From Eledone cirrhosa (Eukaryota): a stretch of DNA of 64,000 nucleotides. The notes under the pieces are model-generated. The model had not been told where the DNA came from, did not search any database, and worked only from the letters and a program-made list of their open reading frames with translations. Numbering within the stretch: the stretch's first letter is position 1; every line of letters starts with the position of its first letter. The DNA is taken from positions 376,588,001 through 376,652,000 of the forward strand of contig OZ024740.1 in the NCBI GenBank assembly GCA_964016885.1. Direction: 5' to 3'. Shown here piece by piece: positions 14,789 through 29,622 of the stretch. Position numbers and translations under genes: made by a program.

Positions 14789-15043
14789 TCTTTAATTTGG
14801 GTATAAGATGTGAAATTAAAATCTATTATAAATGAAAGTGAGGCTGAAATAAAATAAATCCCGGTGTGATAATAAAGAATCGGTAAGATAAATGTGTAAA
14901 GAATATAACTGTTAAATAGAAAGAAGTGTTCAAAGCATCTAATTGGATATGAGAGGTGGAAAGAATGTGTGTGTGTATTTGCGTGTATGTATGTATGTAC
15001 TTATGTATATTAATCTTCATGCGTGTGTGTATATATATATATA

Positions 15044-15291
15044 TAAATTAATAAAAATAATGAATAAAAACAAAGAAACAGTTCCTTATACTAAAAAATT
15101 CATTTTTTAATTTAAGGACCTGTTTCTTTGTTTTTATTCATTATTTTTATTAATTTATCTTGACTCTGTTTTCCTGTATTTTTCATCTGAAAAAAAAATG
15201 TTGAATACATCTTCTCTTTTCATGATATTCGGATTACATTGAGTTCTTCATACGGATTGGACACTACCGTACATTTTGGTAGATTTATCTA
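15044..15291. mobile_element. 248-bp fold-back mini element made only of the terminal (pLTR) sequence of the 38186-42916 Penelope-like element
   Basis: About 55-bp inverted arms around ~15100 plus a ~135-bp tail. Near-identical to 38186-38245 and 42730-42916. Flanked by (TA)n on both sides. Confidence 0.88.
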
Positions 15292-15498
15292 TATATATAT
15301 ATAAGTTTATGTCGGGTTCAATCGTGGGTAATCACAGTAAGGTACTCAATACAAAGCAGAGTATGAATATTTAATATAGAAAAGCTTCTCCAGCACTAGA
15401 ACTGTTTCATTCGGGAGAAATCAGCAGCGCAAAAGTGACACAAAGGAGACTGAGGTTAGCTGGACATGGTCACCGACATCCAGAGTTGACACTGCACT

Positions 15499-17340
15499 TG
15501 TTATTTTAATACATATTTGCTCTACGGTTATTATATATTTGATATATATTTATCCTTATCGAACCCTCTTTGAATTTTAGTATTCACATTTATTATTATT
15601 ACTATTTGGCTCCCAGGGTTGACCACTCTATGGACTTATGTTCATCATGCAGAAACAACATCTGGATATTTCTACAAAGAACATACCCGTACCAAGCAGG
15701 AGGACATACCTAAAACTCCTGATACAGAAAACAGACTCGTTCATTAAAAGCTTGCGTTGGCGTGCCTTTTATTTAGATAATCAGAGAAAAAGCGGACAAC
15801 AAACAATATAAATTTGGGTTTAAAACTTACTATAACCCTCCGAGTAACCCAGCATTGCTACCCTTCGAAAATGATGTCTTGGAACTCATACGGAGTATCA
15901 AATTTTGGAATAGGAACAATTCTTTCCTGCAGGACCTGAATGATTAGAATTCCTTCTATTAAAGATTCTAATGCCGTGCACGTCCACGCCGACAAAATTG
16001 GCAATCTGTATCAAGTGGAGCGTAGTACTTACCATCAACTGCTAGATAAATAATGCTGTAACTATCGATTACCGTGAAACTAATCCGAGTGGCATTAATG
16101 ACATCAACGATGCAGGGTTTAAAATCACCTCTGATCTCAACATCCTGGACCGGATTGAACCTCTAGACCCTATTCCTCCCCACTTTACCCTGAAGGATCA
16201 CAAATTCAATTTCCCGAACAGCCCCTCTATTGGCCTTATTAACACTTGGAAGACCGATTTATGTAGACTTAGTAAAAGGATTTTAGATAGAATTATACCT
16301 GAAATTAGAAGCTTGGCCCCTCTTGCACTGTGGAACAATTCTTTCGTGGTGATTGATTAGTTCAACGGCATATGCAACAAGGAACATTGCCGTTTTATCC
16401 AATTCGGCATCAATAACTACTACTCCTCCATCACTTTACCACTTCTTCTTAGAGCTATCAATTTCGCTTAAACGCTCACAGTGGTTATGGATTTCGAGTT
16501 GATGTCATCCTCAATGACCGTAAGTCGGTGATTAATTTCGACGGCTCTATTTGGGTTAAAAAATCTAATAGTACCCCATTCGACGTGAGTATGGGCGCCA
16601 GCGATTGTGCGGCGGTTACTGATCTTATCGGCCTTTTCCTTCTTTTCTCTATCAAGGAAGAATTCCCCAACGCGGGCGGTGGTTTGTACCGTGATGAGGG
16701 CCGTTTGACCATGACAAAGTGCGGCCCACACCTTTGCGACAGGTTCAGAAAAGAACTAACAGCCTTCTCTAAAGGCTTCAACCACTCCATTCAGGTTGAG
16801 GCCAATCTCTCGGACGTTAATTACCCCGACGTTACCCTCACTTTGTCGAATGGCTTGCACTACCCGTATAGAAAGCCGAATAATACGCTTAATTACATAA
16901 CTAAGCATTCTAACCATCCTGCCAGCATAACCAAGAACCTGGTAAGAAACGTTTCTTTGAGGCTTTCCCGTCTATCTACAAACGAGCATATTTTCACCGA
17001 CCATTCCAATGAAGCTCTTGCTCGGGGTGGATTTGTCGATAAGGTAGCATATACCAAGTATGAGCATAGACCTAGGAAAAATAGATCCCTACGCATTATA
17101 TGGTATAACCCACCATATAATAGGAAGGTGGCCATACAATTAGCTAAGATCTTTCTCTCCCTTATTATGAAGCATTTCACACCAGCACATAAATATGATA
17201 ACATTTGTAATAGAAATACCATTAAACTGTCTTACTCTACGACTCCTAACCTTGCACATAACATCACTGCTTCAAATATAGCTAAATTACCTAGCCGTAG
17301 GAACACGCGCAACCCTGTAGCTAGTACTAACTGTAATTAA
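15499..17340 (+). mobile_element. Decayed Penelope-like element (Naiad-type RT), broken off at the start of the Cys motif before GIY-YIG
   Basis: YSTKNIPVP..SLRWRA N-terminus, FDVSMGASDCA, GGLYRDEG, YRKPNN..YI...SNHP, IIWYNPPY, NRNTIKLSYS. Stops and frameshifts in 15.6-16.5 kb. Confidence 0.9.
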
Positions 17341-17762
17341 GTATTACATGTTACGCCCTCAGGCTATAATCACCGTTCCTGTTTCTAGCGGTATTATCAT
17401 CCATCTTGTGGATATCTATTCGCCATAGCTTTTATGTTATTTCACCATGTGCTTCTGTGCATGGAGGTTAACTCGGTCTTAGATGTGATATTCCCAGGTA
17501 TATTGATTTATTTACCATCTTCATACTTTATTTCCCTTAGAATGATGAGACTAAACATCTGAAGAGTACCTGAGTCTCATGTGCCTTAATCGTAATCGAT
17601 AGTTTGTCTTCGATGATCGAATATATTGATTGTTTTTTCCTTCGATGATCGATTACATAGATTGATTTTTAGCCATACTCTCCAGGTATATATTCTCCTA
17701 TTGAATATGTATTTGGTATATATACAATATACCATATTTCTGTTACGATATATATATATATA

Positions 17763-20359
<2,597 letters not shown>

Positions 20360-20406
20360 CTCAATGATATTAAATAAATGGAAACTATGTTTCTAAAACC
20401 ATATTC

Positions 20407-20465
20407 ATTCTATTATATATATTTCAAGGGTACCAAAAGTTTGGTACGCTATCATCAGATAAAAT
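20407..20465 (-). ncRNA. Type I hammerhead ribozyme (left inverted arm)
   Basis: Minus strand: attttat-CTGATGA-tagcgtaccaaacttttggtaccctt-GAAA-tatata-TA-atagaat. Confidence 0.8.
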
Positions 20466-23330
20466 ATGAAGTGTGTTTTATAAATGTTGACATAACCAAG
20501 GAAAATACAACTTAACGGTTCGACTTTTCCTTGGATCGTGAAGGGATAAGAGAAGAAAAGTCAGATATTTCAAATTACTAAGATGAGTATGCAAATGAGG
20601 TTTAGGTAAAAGGGCTGAAAAAACTTTATTTTAGACGCGATGGATAATTTAAATAATTATGATAAGTTTTTGTATGCGTAGAAAAGAAGAGAAATGAAGA
20701 AGAGCTAGCATTTACGTTAATTTGGGGGAAAACAGTGGAATATGATTCCAGAGTTTAAATTAAAATTTATATTAAGTGTTATAATATTGTATATATAATC
20801 AATTAGATTTTATGGTGAATTATGGTTGTAAGTATTTTTATTTTATTTTAATAATTGCGTATGTATTAGTATTATAGAGATAGAAATAATTTACAATTAT
20901 TAGTTGTTTATATATCAAATATGAGTTACGAAGGATGTTGATTTTTGATCCCATAGTGATATCAAAATTGTTTTTTCTGTCGGCTCTTGTCGAGAGATGA
21001 TTATTAAATTGTATTAGTGTTTTACGTGTTGTTAGAATTAATTCATTTCATCACTAATAGAATTTAATAATCATCTCTGGACAAGAGCCGACAGAAAAAA
21101 CAATTTTGATATGATTATGGGATCATCTGACTCGGCGCAACTGACGGACCTCGTTGGATTATTTATTAATAATGTACTACATAGGAAAATTCCAGAAATG
21201 ACCGGAGGTTTATATCGTGACGATATGCTGCTTTTAATTGAAAACCATAGCAATAGTAAAATTAATAGGAAAAGAAAAATCCATAATACAATATTTCAAC
21301 AACTACAATCTTAAGTTAGAAATAGAGAATAACTACAAAATCGTTAACTTCTTAGATGTAACCTTAAACCTGAGCACATGTCTTTACTATCCTTTCCATA
21401 AAATCAACCAAAATCTAAATTATGTAAGTTTCAATTCTAATTATTCTAGAAGTATTAAAAACATTATTATCAATAGCGTCCAAAAATGGATTTCACGCAT
21501 CTCCGCTAATAAATATATCTTTTGATGATAAAGCTGAATATTATAATGAAGCTTTACATAGAGCAGGATACTCGAATAAAATTAAATACATAGATAACAA
21601 TAACATGACATATCATCCTAGTATTAAGTTAAACACTAAACAAAACAAAAAAACTAGAACTAGAAATATTATTTGGTACTCTCCCCCATTCTCATTAAGC
21701 GTTAAAACACCTTTAGCAAAGCTATTCTTTAAAGCACGAGATAAATGTTTTCCTAAAGCCCACAGATACCACTCTATTTTTAACAGACACACTATAAAAC
21801 TATCCTACTCTATGAACATAGCACAAAAAATAAATAGAATTAATAATAGAAACTTAAATTTAAACCCTACCCAAAGTAACCAACATAGCAATAATAATAT
21901 GTCTAACAATAATACTCAGAATAATAGTACCGTTCTGAACAACAATAACCCCAGTAAATGTAACTGTAGAATCAAATCAAAGTGCCCTTTACAAAATAAT
22001 TGTTTAGACAAAAACCCGTAGTTTATAAATGCACAGTTGAAACTTGAGACAAAATGTTTAACTATGTCGGTGCCACTTCAACAAAATTTAATGAACGCTG
22101 GAATAACCATAATCATATATTTAGGAGATCTGATTACAAATCTTCTACTTCACTTTCACATCTAATTTGGAACTTAAAAGACAACAATATAGACTATTCA
22201 ATATCTTGGGGAACGATTTCGATAGCAACTGCATACCGAAATATGGCTATATCAAGATTCTGTAAATTGTGTTTCGAAGAAATCTTTTATATAATTAACT
22301 GTCAAAACTCTATTAATCTCAGAACAGAATTATTTTCTTCTTGTAGATATCGCCAACATTCTACGTTCATAACTATTTCTAATTTATAATAGTCCTATAC
22401 ACCTTCAAAATGATCCTACCTTTTTAAAAATTTAAATGTAAATTTTTTTTATATTTTTAATATATTTAATATTTCTTTTTAATTTTTGATATCTCTAAAT
22501 TTTTTTTTAATATCTCTAATATTTCTTATATTTTTAATATATATATTTAATATTTTTAATTCCGACATTATTTTAATTCTGACATTATTTTTAATTCTGA
22601 CATTATTTTTCTAATGACATCCATCTAAATATATTTTTTTAGATGTAGATACATAATCTTTAAATGACATTCTGATAATTTACATTTTTGCTCTCTTTTT
22701 GTTATTCAAACATTCACATATCTGTCGACTAAATTAATTGATCTCACAGAAAATAATGTATAATTTTCTCTTTATATTTTGGAGTAAATTACTCATCAAA
22801 TTTAACGGTTAACAAACAAAATTCGAGTTATCTTTCCTTTCTCAATCATTCATAAACATATTATGTTTGATAATCTATATAACCTCGCTAAATAAATAAT
22901 ATTCTGAAAACATTTTCAATGTTGAACAACATTTTTGAATCGACAAATTGTTCTACTCTCACAACTTGAACCACCTATTTTTTAAGTAAAATAAAAATAA
23001 ACATCCTTCGTAACTCATATTTGATATATAAACAACTAATAATTGTAAATTATTTCTATCTCTATAATACTAATACATACGCAATTATTAAAATAAGATA
23101 AAAATACTTACAACCATAATTCTCCATATAATCTAATTGATTATATATACAATACTATAACTCATAATATATATTTAATAACGTTTTTTTCAGCCCTTTT
23201 ACCTAAACCTCATTTGCATACTCATCTTAATAATTTGAAATATCTTACTTTTTTTCACTGTCCAAGGAAATCTTGAACCGTTAAGGCATATTTTCCTTGG
23301 TTATGTCAAAATTTATAAAACACACTTCGT

Positions 23331-23389
23331 ATTTTATCTGAGGATAGCGTACCAAACTTGTGGTACCCTTGAAATATATATAATAGAAT
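23331..23389 (+). ncRNA. Type I hammerhead ribozyme (right arm)
   Basis: attttat-CTGAGGA-tagcgtacc aaacttgt ggtaccctt-GAAA-tatata-TA-atagaat. Stem III is the palindrome ATATATAT. Confidence 0.8.
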
Positions 23390-23547
23390 AAATAAGGTTT
23401 TATAAACATAGTTTCCATTTATTTAATATCAATGAATATTATACTCCAGAAAACTTGTCGAGTTTTCTGAATCAGTTATAAACATTTAGATTTGTTGATA
23501 TACCAACAAATTGAATATCTCTTCTGCTTATATATGTTATATGCATC

Positions 23548-23628
<81 letters not shown>

Positions 23629-23836
23629 TTAATATAGAAAAGGCTTCTACAGGACTAGAACTGTTAAATTCGTGAGAAATCATAATATGTTAAATATTTA
23701 TACTCTGCTATGTATTGAGTACCTTACTTACTCTAATTACACCGATTGAGCCGGGGATAAACGTATATATATATATTAAATTATAATTTTATTTCTTGCC
23801 CTAGCACCGCTGATACATAAATGTAAGTATGCACAT

Positions 23837-23908
<72 letters not shown>

Positions 23909-23932
23909 ATACACACACACACATACACACAT

Positions 23933-23977
<45 letters not shown>

Positions 23978-23980
<3 letters not shown>

Positions 23981-24572
23981 TGGCTGCCAACTCGTTTTCG
24001 AGTACGGCCACTACTTTATATCCATGTAGTAGAACCCCTACCGATGCGTTGAACGAGTGTGACTTTTTAGTCCAGCCAGCGACTTGAAAACTCTCGTACA
24101 AACACTACACTTGTGACAATTATTGACACTGTGCTGGGCCCATGGTATCATGTGACGACAAGTGCAGAGAGATCTCCAGATATAAAGCAATGCCTGTGCC
24201 GTGAAGCTTTTATAGTGAGCAAAGGCACTGCACAAAGCCAGTCCCACTCTCTTAATCAAGATGATATTTACCAAAAAGAGAACAAGTCAACATCATTGGA
24301 TACCATCAGGGTTGCAGGTGTTATATCAGAGTTTCCCTTCTCCTAGAATTCTGCCTTGACAAAGGCTAAGGGGTCATCTCTCCCGGTGATTTTGGATTGC
24401 CATTGACTCTTAAGAGCTCCTTTGCCCTTTGACAGGTTTTGTTTTTAGTCCTGCACAATGTCCAAAGTCACCCTCCTTACCAAGAAACCTTGCTGGGGTC
24501 GCCAGTTTAGTTGCCAACGACCCAACCATGAGACAGGTTGTACTGGGATACATGTTACCAATAGCACCAACT
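23978..24572 (-). mobile_element. Internally deleted (bipartite) RTE-clade element: 5' UTR joined to C2H2-finger 3' end
   Basis: Minus strand has CCCTTAGCCTTTGTCAAGGCAG..CTAGGAGAAGGGAAACTCTGA (resembles the RTE 5' UTR motif), then CSVCTRVFKSLAGLKSHTR and a 3' end GGCAGCCACC(ATAT)n shared with 30905-31041. Confidence 0.6.
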
Positions 24573-24587
24573 GATTATGTATATATG

Positions 24588-24619
<32 letters not shown>

Positions 24620-25030
24620 CATATGTACGCATGGGTTATATTGAACATTAAGAATAATGTTCGATTCTTTTGTAAAAAAACGACCCGATATGCAAATGAG
24701 GCTACTCAGCCGATGTGTACTTAAGAACATTCTGTATATTTTCAACCGTTCAGCAGATTGGCGGAGGTATACAGTCCTGATGAAGTGTAATGACCCAGAA
24801 ACATGTTGACTGTTCTTCAAAGCCAGTATTGAACAAACAGATGACGATCGGCCAAACCTTCAAATCGAGCTGTTTGTTTAGAGACGAATAGAATGGTATT
24901 CTTAATGATCTTCTATATAACCCTTACGTACATCTATGTATGTATATATGTGTGTGTATGCATATTTATATGTATCTATATATATATATTTATATATATA
25001 TATATATGTGTGTGTGTACGTGTGTATACT

Positions 25031-25074
<44 letters not shown>

Positions 25075-27624
25075 TATATATCCATATATACATGTATGTG
25101 CGTATGTGTGTGTATATTTATATACCTATTAATCCTATGTCCCACACTCCTGTTATATGATTGGCTAAAATACATTTTTAAGCTAAAACAAATGTCTCAT
25201 GTAGTGTTCGTGAATTATTTCGTAAATGTGTTACACACTACATATTTATTTCATTTTTGGAATTCTACCAATATACAATATGATAACGATATTAATGATT
25301 TTCGATTATATAGCAATACTTTCTTTCGAAAGAAAATACTGTTGCGTAATTCGCATAGAACGAAAGTTTTTTTTTTCTTTATCATCATGAACTTTGTGTT
25401 AGAATCCACTCTTCCGCTGCAAATTATTTAAATAAACGATCCATAAAAACGCAAATTCTGCAGGTTAGACGGAAATTACTTATTTTTCTTCGCCATCTAA
25501 TAAGTTCAAATAGTTAAAAAATGCTGTTGTAACGATTCCTATCCATGCTGCACTGATGTATGAATTATATGGTTTAATTATAACTTGACTGAAAATCAAT
25601 TTGCAATGATAGAGAGATAGATGTACTTTGAAGGATTGCTTTCACGGAAATATTCTCCATAAAATTCTATTCTTCCAAAGTTAGACCAATTCTAGTTAAA
25701 TACTTCATGTCTAGACGGATGGAAAATTTATTTATGAATTTTGAGTAACCTTACTTGGATGTACATTCATTTATATGAACCCTATACTACTGAATTGCGA
25801 ATCATTCTATTTATTTTTAGTATTCCAGAACTAAATTCTTTAGAGTTCACAAATATATTGCCTATATTCAGAGACAATAAAGAATAACGCAATAGAGAAA
25901 ATTTCAAGATTATATACACTGACACATGTTTCAATGTTATATATACAGCACGTTACAACCAAATTATACTGTAATTGTAAATTTTACGGACATCATAATT
26001 AGACAATATATGATATTTATTTTTTAAACAGATGTTAATAACTTTAATTACGTATTTCTGTTATTGTTCGGGTTAGCGTTGAAATATCTATTCTTGAAAT
26101 TTTTATTCACGAAGAAATAATATAAACGTAGACAAGTCTGAATTGTTGATGAAATGTAATTTCGACTTAGCCTTAGCTTTGTTACTGTTCTTCAGAATTT
26201 ACCTTGATGACCCGTTTTCTATCATAGTTTGAACAAGTTACACTGTGACGTTTTAATCTCCCACAATCATTTTGTTGATAGCAAAGTAGCATTTATATAT
26301 ATAATATATAAAAAAACCATTTACCAGTACATCTAAATTATAAAGTATATATAGGTAAGTTATCCAAAACCACATCTTACAAAAGTTGAATTTCTTTTTT
26401 AATCTTTAATCTTGGCAATGTAAATTCTTTAAAAAGAGAGTATTATTTCTGATCGAAAATTAAGTTATATTAAAGAGATACTAGATTAAATCATTATCAC
26501 CTGTGATAGAGAATAGGTTGTAGAATTAAGTTTGCCACGTTTAGAGACTTAGGATGTATCCAGAATAATCATAACTCTATCGATAAAATCTTGTACAGGT
26601 TGGGGGTTTATGGACAATAGTTTATTTCTTGCAGAATTCTGCTTAAGAAAGATATAATTTTTGCCTGCAATATCTCTTAATTTTTCAGCTTTATATAGAG
26701 AAAATGTTCTAAAATAAAGTAAGAAATGACCCAGACATTTCTGTTTGTTTTCTTACCGAGATATTCATTACATTTTACTTTTTGAATAACAAAACTATGC
26801 CATAATTATTTCAAAAAGAACGACTATAATAAAGTCTTGTACACAAAGTAGTAATTAAATAATAATGTGAGAAAACAATTGATAAACAACAAAGGAAAGT
26901 CAACATCTAAAGTAATAGATTATTGTTAAACAGTATGAAAAGCGACAGACCACAAGGAAACTTTCAATATTTTATGACAATATTATATATAACACAGGAA
27001 AATGTTTTTTTTTCTTTTCTTAATAGGTTCAGTACGTATTAATCTAATCAGGAAGCAATACGATATATCAGTGTATAATTTATGTCAATGCACGATACTA
27101 AAGAACAGCGGTAGTATGTCAGAACAATAAACGCCACGACAGACCACGCATTACTTCTTCTCTCAGGATTTCTGTCATGATCAATCTAGCTTATTTCCAT
27201 CACTCGCGATGTTCTCCTGTTTGCACTCACCAAATAAAACATATATTTTATTTATTTAATCAATTTGAATGTCCATATATTTCTAAGTCATCACAGTCTA
27301 TACGCATGTTTTAGTATGTTAGTAACCCTTACACTCTAGAAACAAAATCAAGATGGACAGACAGAAAAACCGGGAAAGCTATCAGGAGGCAAAAGAATCA
27401 TAAAGGTTTAAAAAATGAAAAACCACAGCAATTAAAATTCAGCAAAAACTTTCTGTTATTGAATCATTTCCTGGCGTCAATTGTACTAAAGGATGTTGTT
27501 TACAGTTGATACGTCTTCGACAGTATATTGTATCTCCAATCATTGTAGGTTTTGGCTATTAGTTTCAAGATATCCTGTTTATCAGACATGGCCCATTTAA
27601 AGTCAGCATAATCTCTGTATATAT

Positions 27625-27750
27625 CTCACCTTGATCACCTTGACCGACCAGTCTGTCGGACGCCAACCGGCGTCGCTGGTCACAGCACGTTTTTCGTGCT
27701 GTTTTAGCCATAAGATAACGCCATCCCACTGGCTGGGCGGGCAGGCACTG
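27625..27750 (-). mobile_element. 3' part of a second SINE-like repeat
   Basis: GC-rich, hairpin-rich island (TGTGACCAGCGA..CTGGTCGGTCA) recalled as resembling a common cephalopod SINE tail. Confidence 0.4.
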
Positions 27751-27820
27751 TATATATTTATATATATATAAATGACGTAAAATAAGAAAATTATAAAATT
27801 AACTTACTTACTAAAATTTC

Positions 27821-27903
27821 ACTCCAACTAATTAGTTTCTGAAAGGGGATAAACATGGTTTTCAAATGGAAAGCATGGAGAAGCCGTTTCGTCATCAGGA
27901 GGT
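27821..27903 (-). ncRNA. Type I hammerhead ribozyme with extended domain II (copy 1)
   Basis: Minus strand: acctc-CTGATGA-(~50 nt)-GAAA-ctaattag-TT-ggagt. Confidence 0.65.
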
Positions 27904-28350
27904 CTGTTCTCAGCTAAGTTACCAGGCGATGCGTGGACACAGGGAACTTATACAAAAATAATTCAGTGGATGGAAAAAAGCAAGCGTGGACTAAATTGCA
28001 AGACATTGAAAAATTCACTGCCTACTTGGTCGGTGGCAAATTCAAAAGAATCAATCATGTGACATCGAGGTTAATCAGTGAGGAGTGGGGTGTTAAAAAG
28101 ACAGTAGCCGAGCCATTACTATGAACTATAGTAGCAGTTTTGGCAAATGTTTGCTCAACAAAATAATTTGGAGATAATTATAAAGAATTAGTATATCTAC
28201 CAACATATATATACAGATGCATACCTATGCTAGCAAACATATAGGTTTTGTCTTAGTAACTTTGTGGTTCAATGCAAGGGGATACAAAACAATTATATGA
28301 AAGACGTAAAATAAGAAAATTATAAAAATTAACTTACTTACTAAAATTTC

Positions 28351-28433
28351 ACTCCAACTAATTAGTTTCTGAAAGGGAATAAACATGGTTTCCAAATGGA
28401 GAGCATGGAGAAGCCGACTCGTCATCAGGAAGT
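28351..28433 (-). ncRNA. Type I hammerhead ribozyme with extended domain II (copy 2)
   Basis: Minus strand: acttc-CTGATGA-(~50 nt)-GAAA-ctaattag-TT-ggagt. Stem I acttc/ggagt pairs fully; stem III is palindromic. Confidence 0.7.
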
Positions 28434-28515
28434 CTGTTCTCAGCTAAGTTACCAGGCGATGCGTTGACACAGGGAACTTATACAAAAATAGTTCAGTGGG
28501 TGGAAAAAACAATTG

Positions 28516-28674
<159 letters not shown>

Positions 28675-28754
28675 GGTAAACAGAAATAACAACACAAACG
28701 GTACAGTATATGGAAGGGATATATTAGGTTGACGTTAGTTATAATAGGAAGAGA

Positions 28755-28792
28755 GCCTTAGCGTTTCGGACGTAGGTCCTTCACCAGAAAAG
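28755..28792 (-). ncRNA. Decayed minimal hammerhead ribozyme
   Basis: Minus strand: tttt-CTGGTGA-aggac ctac gtcc-GAAA-cgc-TA-agg. One core substitution (A6G), perfect 4-bp stem II. Confidence 0.5.
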
Positions 28793-28910
28793 AATGAGAA
28801 ATAAGATAGATTGACGGGATGGGCGGGTTGTAATTGGAATAAAATGTCTTTAGATAAAAATAATAGGTACATTCATGTTGACATCTCTCGCATATATATA
28901 TATATAAACA

Positions 28911-29583
28911 AGGATTGTTGCTCAGAAATAACGATGTATACATGTATAGTGTATTTGGCAATATACTGATTATACAGAGCGATTGCCGGTACCAATCCTA
29001 ATTCCAAATGTTTGCTGGACCGGCAATCGCACTGTATAATGAGCTCCTGATTATTAGTGCAATTCTATAAGAATCCAGCCGCTATAATTTTCGGCAGAAG
29101 CAGGGAAAGGCTTTGTTCTGATGAACGCCAACCAGCGTCACAGAGACTGTCAACCTCTCTCACTCTTTCGCCGAAAATAAGTAAGTGACATAGTCAATAC
29201 TTTAAAACTGATAGCGTATGGTCTTCTAAATGTTTTTAATTAAACATACGGTATATTGCCAAATATACTATACATACATTCATGTATACATCGCTATTTC
29301 AGAGCACCATTCCTAATTCCCAATTTTTGCTGGACCGGCAATCGCTCTATATACTCAGCTCCTGATTATTACCGGAATTCTATAAGAATGCAGCTTCTAT
29401 AATTTTCGCCGGAAGCAGGGAAGTACGTGGTTCTGATGAACGCCAAACAGCGTGAAACAAACTGTCAACCTAGCTCCCTCTTTCGCCGAAAATAGGTAAG
29501 TGATACATACTTTAAAACTGATAGCGTATGGTCTTTGAAATGTTTTAAATTAAACATACAGTATATTGGTAAAACACACTATG

Positions 29584-29590
<7 letters not shown>
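28911..29590 (+). mobile_element. Retrozyme-like element: ~1.9 tandem units of 315 bp, each with a type I HHR, preceded by ~80 bp of inverted unit sequence
   Basis: CTGATGA at 29118 and 29433 (period 315). 28911-28990 is the reverse complement of parts of the unit. Non-coding, flanked by (TA)n. Confidence 0.85.
29403..29492 (+). ncRNA. Intact type I hammerhead ribozyme with extended, bulged stem I
   Basis: ggtt-CTGATGA-acgc caaaca gcgt-GAAA-ca aac tg-TC-aacc, GUC cleavage after 29466. Stem I continues via aggga/tccct and ttttcg/cgaaaa. Confidence 0.9.

Positions 29591-29617
<27 letters not shown>

Positions 29618-29622
<5 letters not shown>

Larger units (their letters stand above)
20360..23548 (+). 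mobile_element. 5'-truncated AT-rich Naiad-type Penelope-like element with inverted terminal copy (20360-20940 mirrors ~22995-23435)
   Basis: MGSSDSAQLTDLVG, GGLYRDD, NFLDVTL, IIWYSPPF, CNCRIKSKCPLQNNC, YVGAT..FNERWNNH, CKLCFEE in 21071-22389. Inverted arms visible directly. Confidence 0.92.
27774..28510 (-). repeat. Direct tandem repeat, period ~530 bp (about 1.4 units), each unit carrying an HHR; retrozyme-like or tandem pLTR
   Basis: 27774-27980 is nearly identical to 28303-28510. (TA)n on both flanks. Confidence 0.85.

Noticed and set aside
17538-17585. Hairpin ATGAGACT..AGTCTCAT enclosing CTGAAGA
   Set aside because: No correctly placed GAAA/stem III; not a supportable ribozyme.
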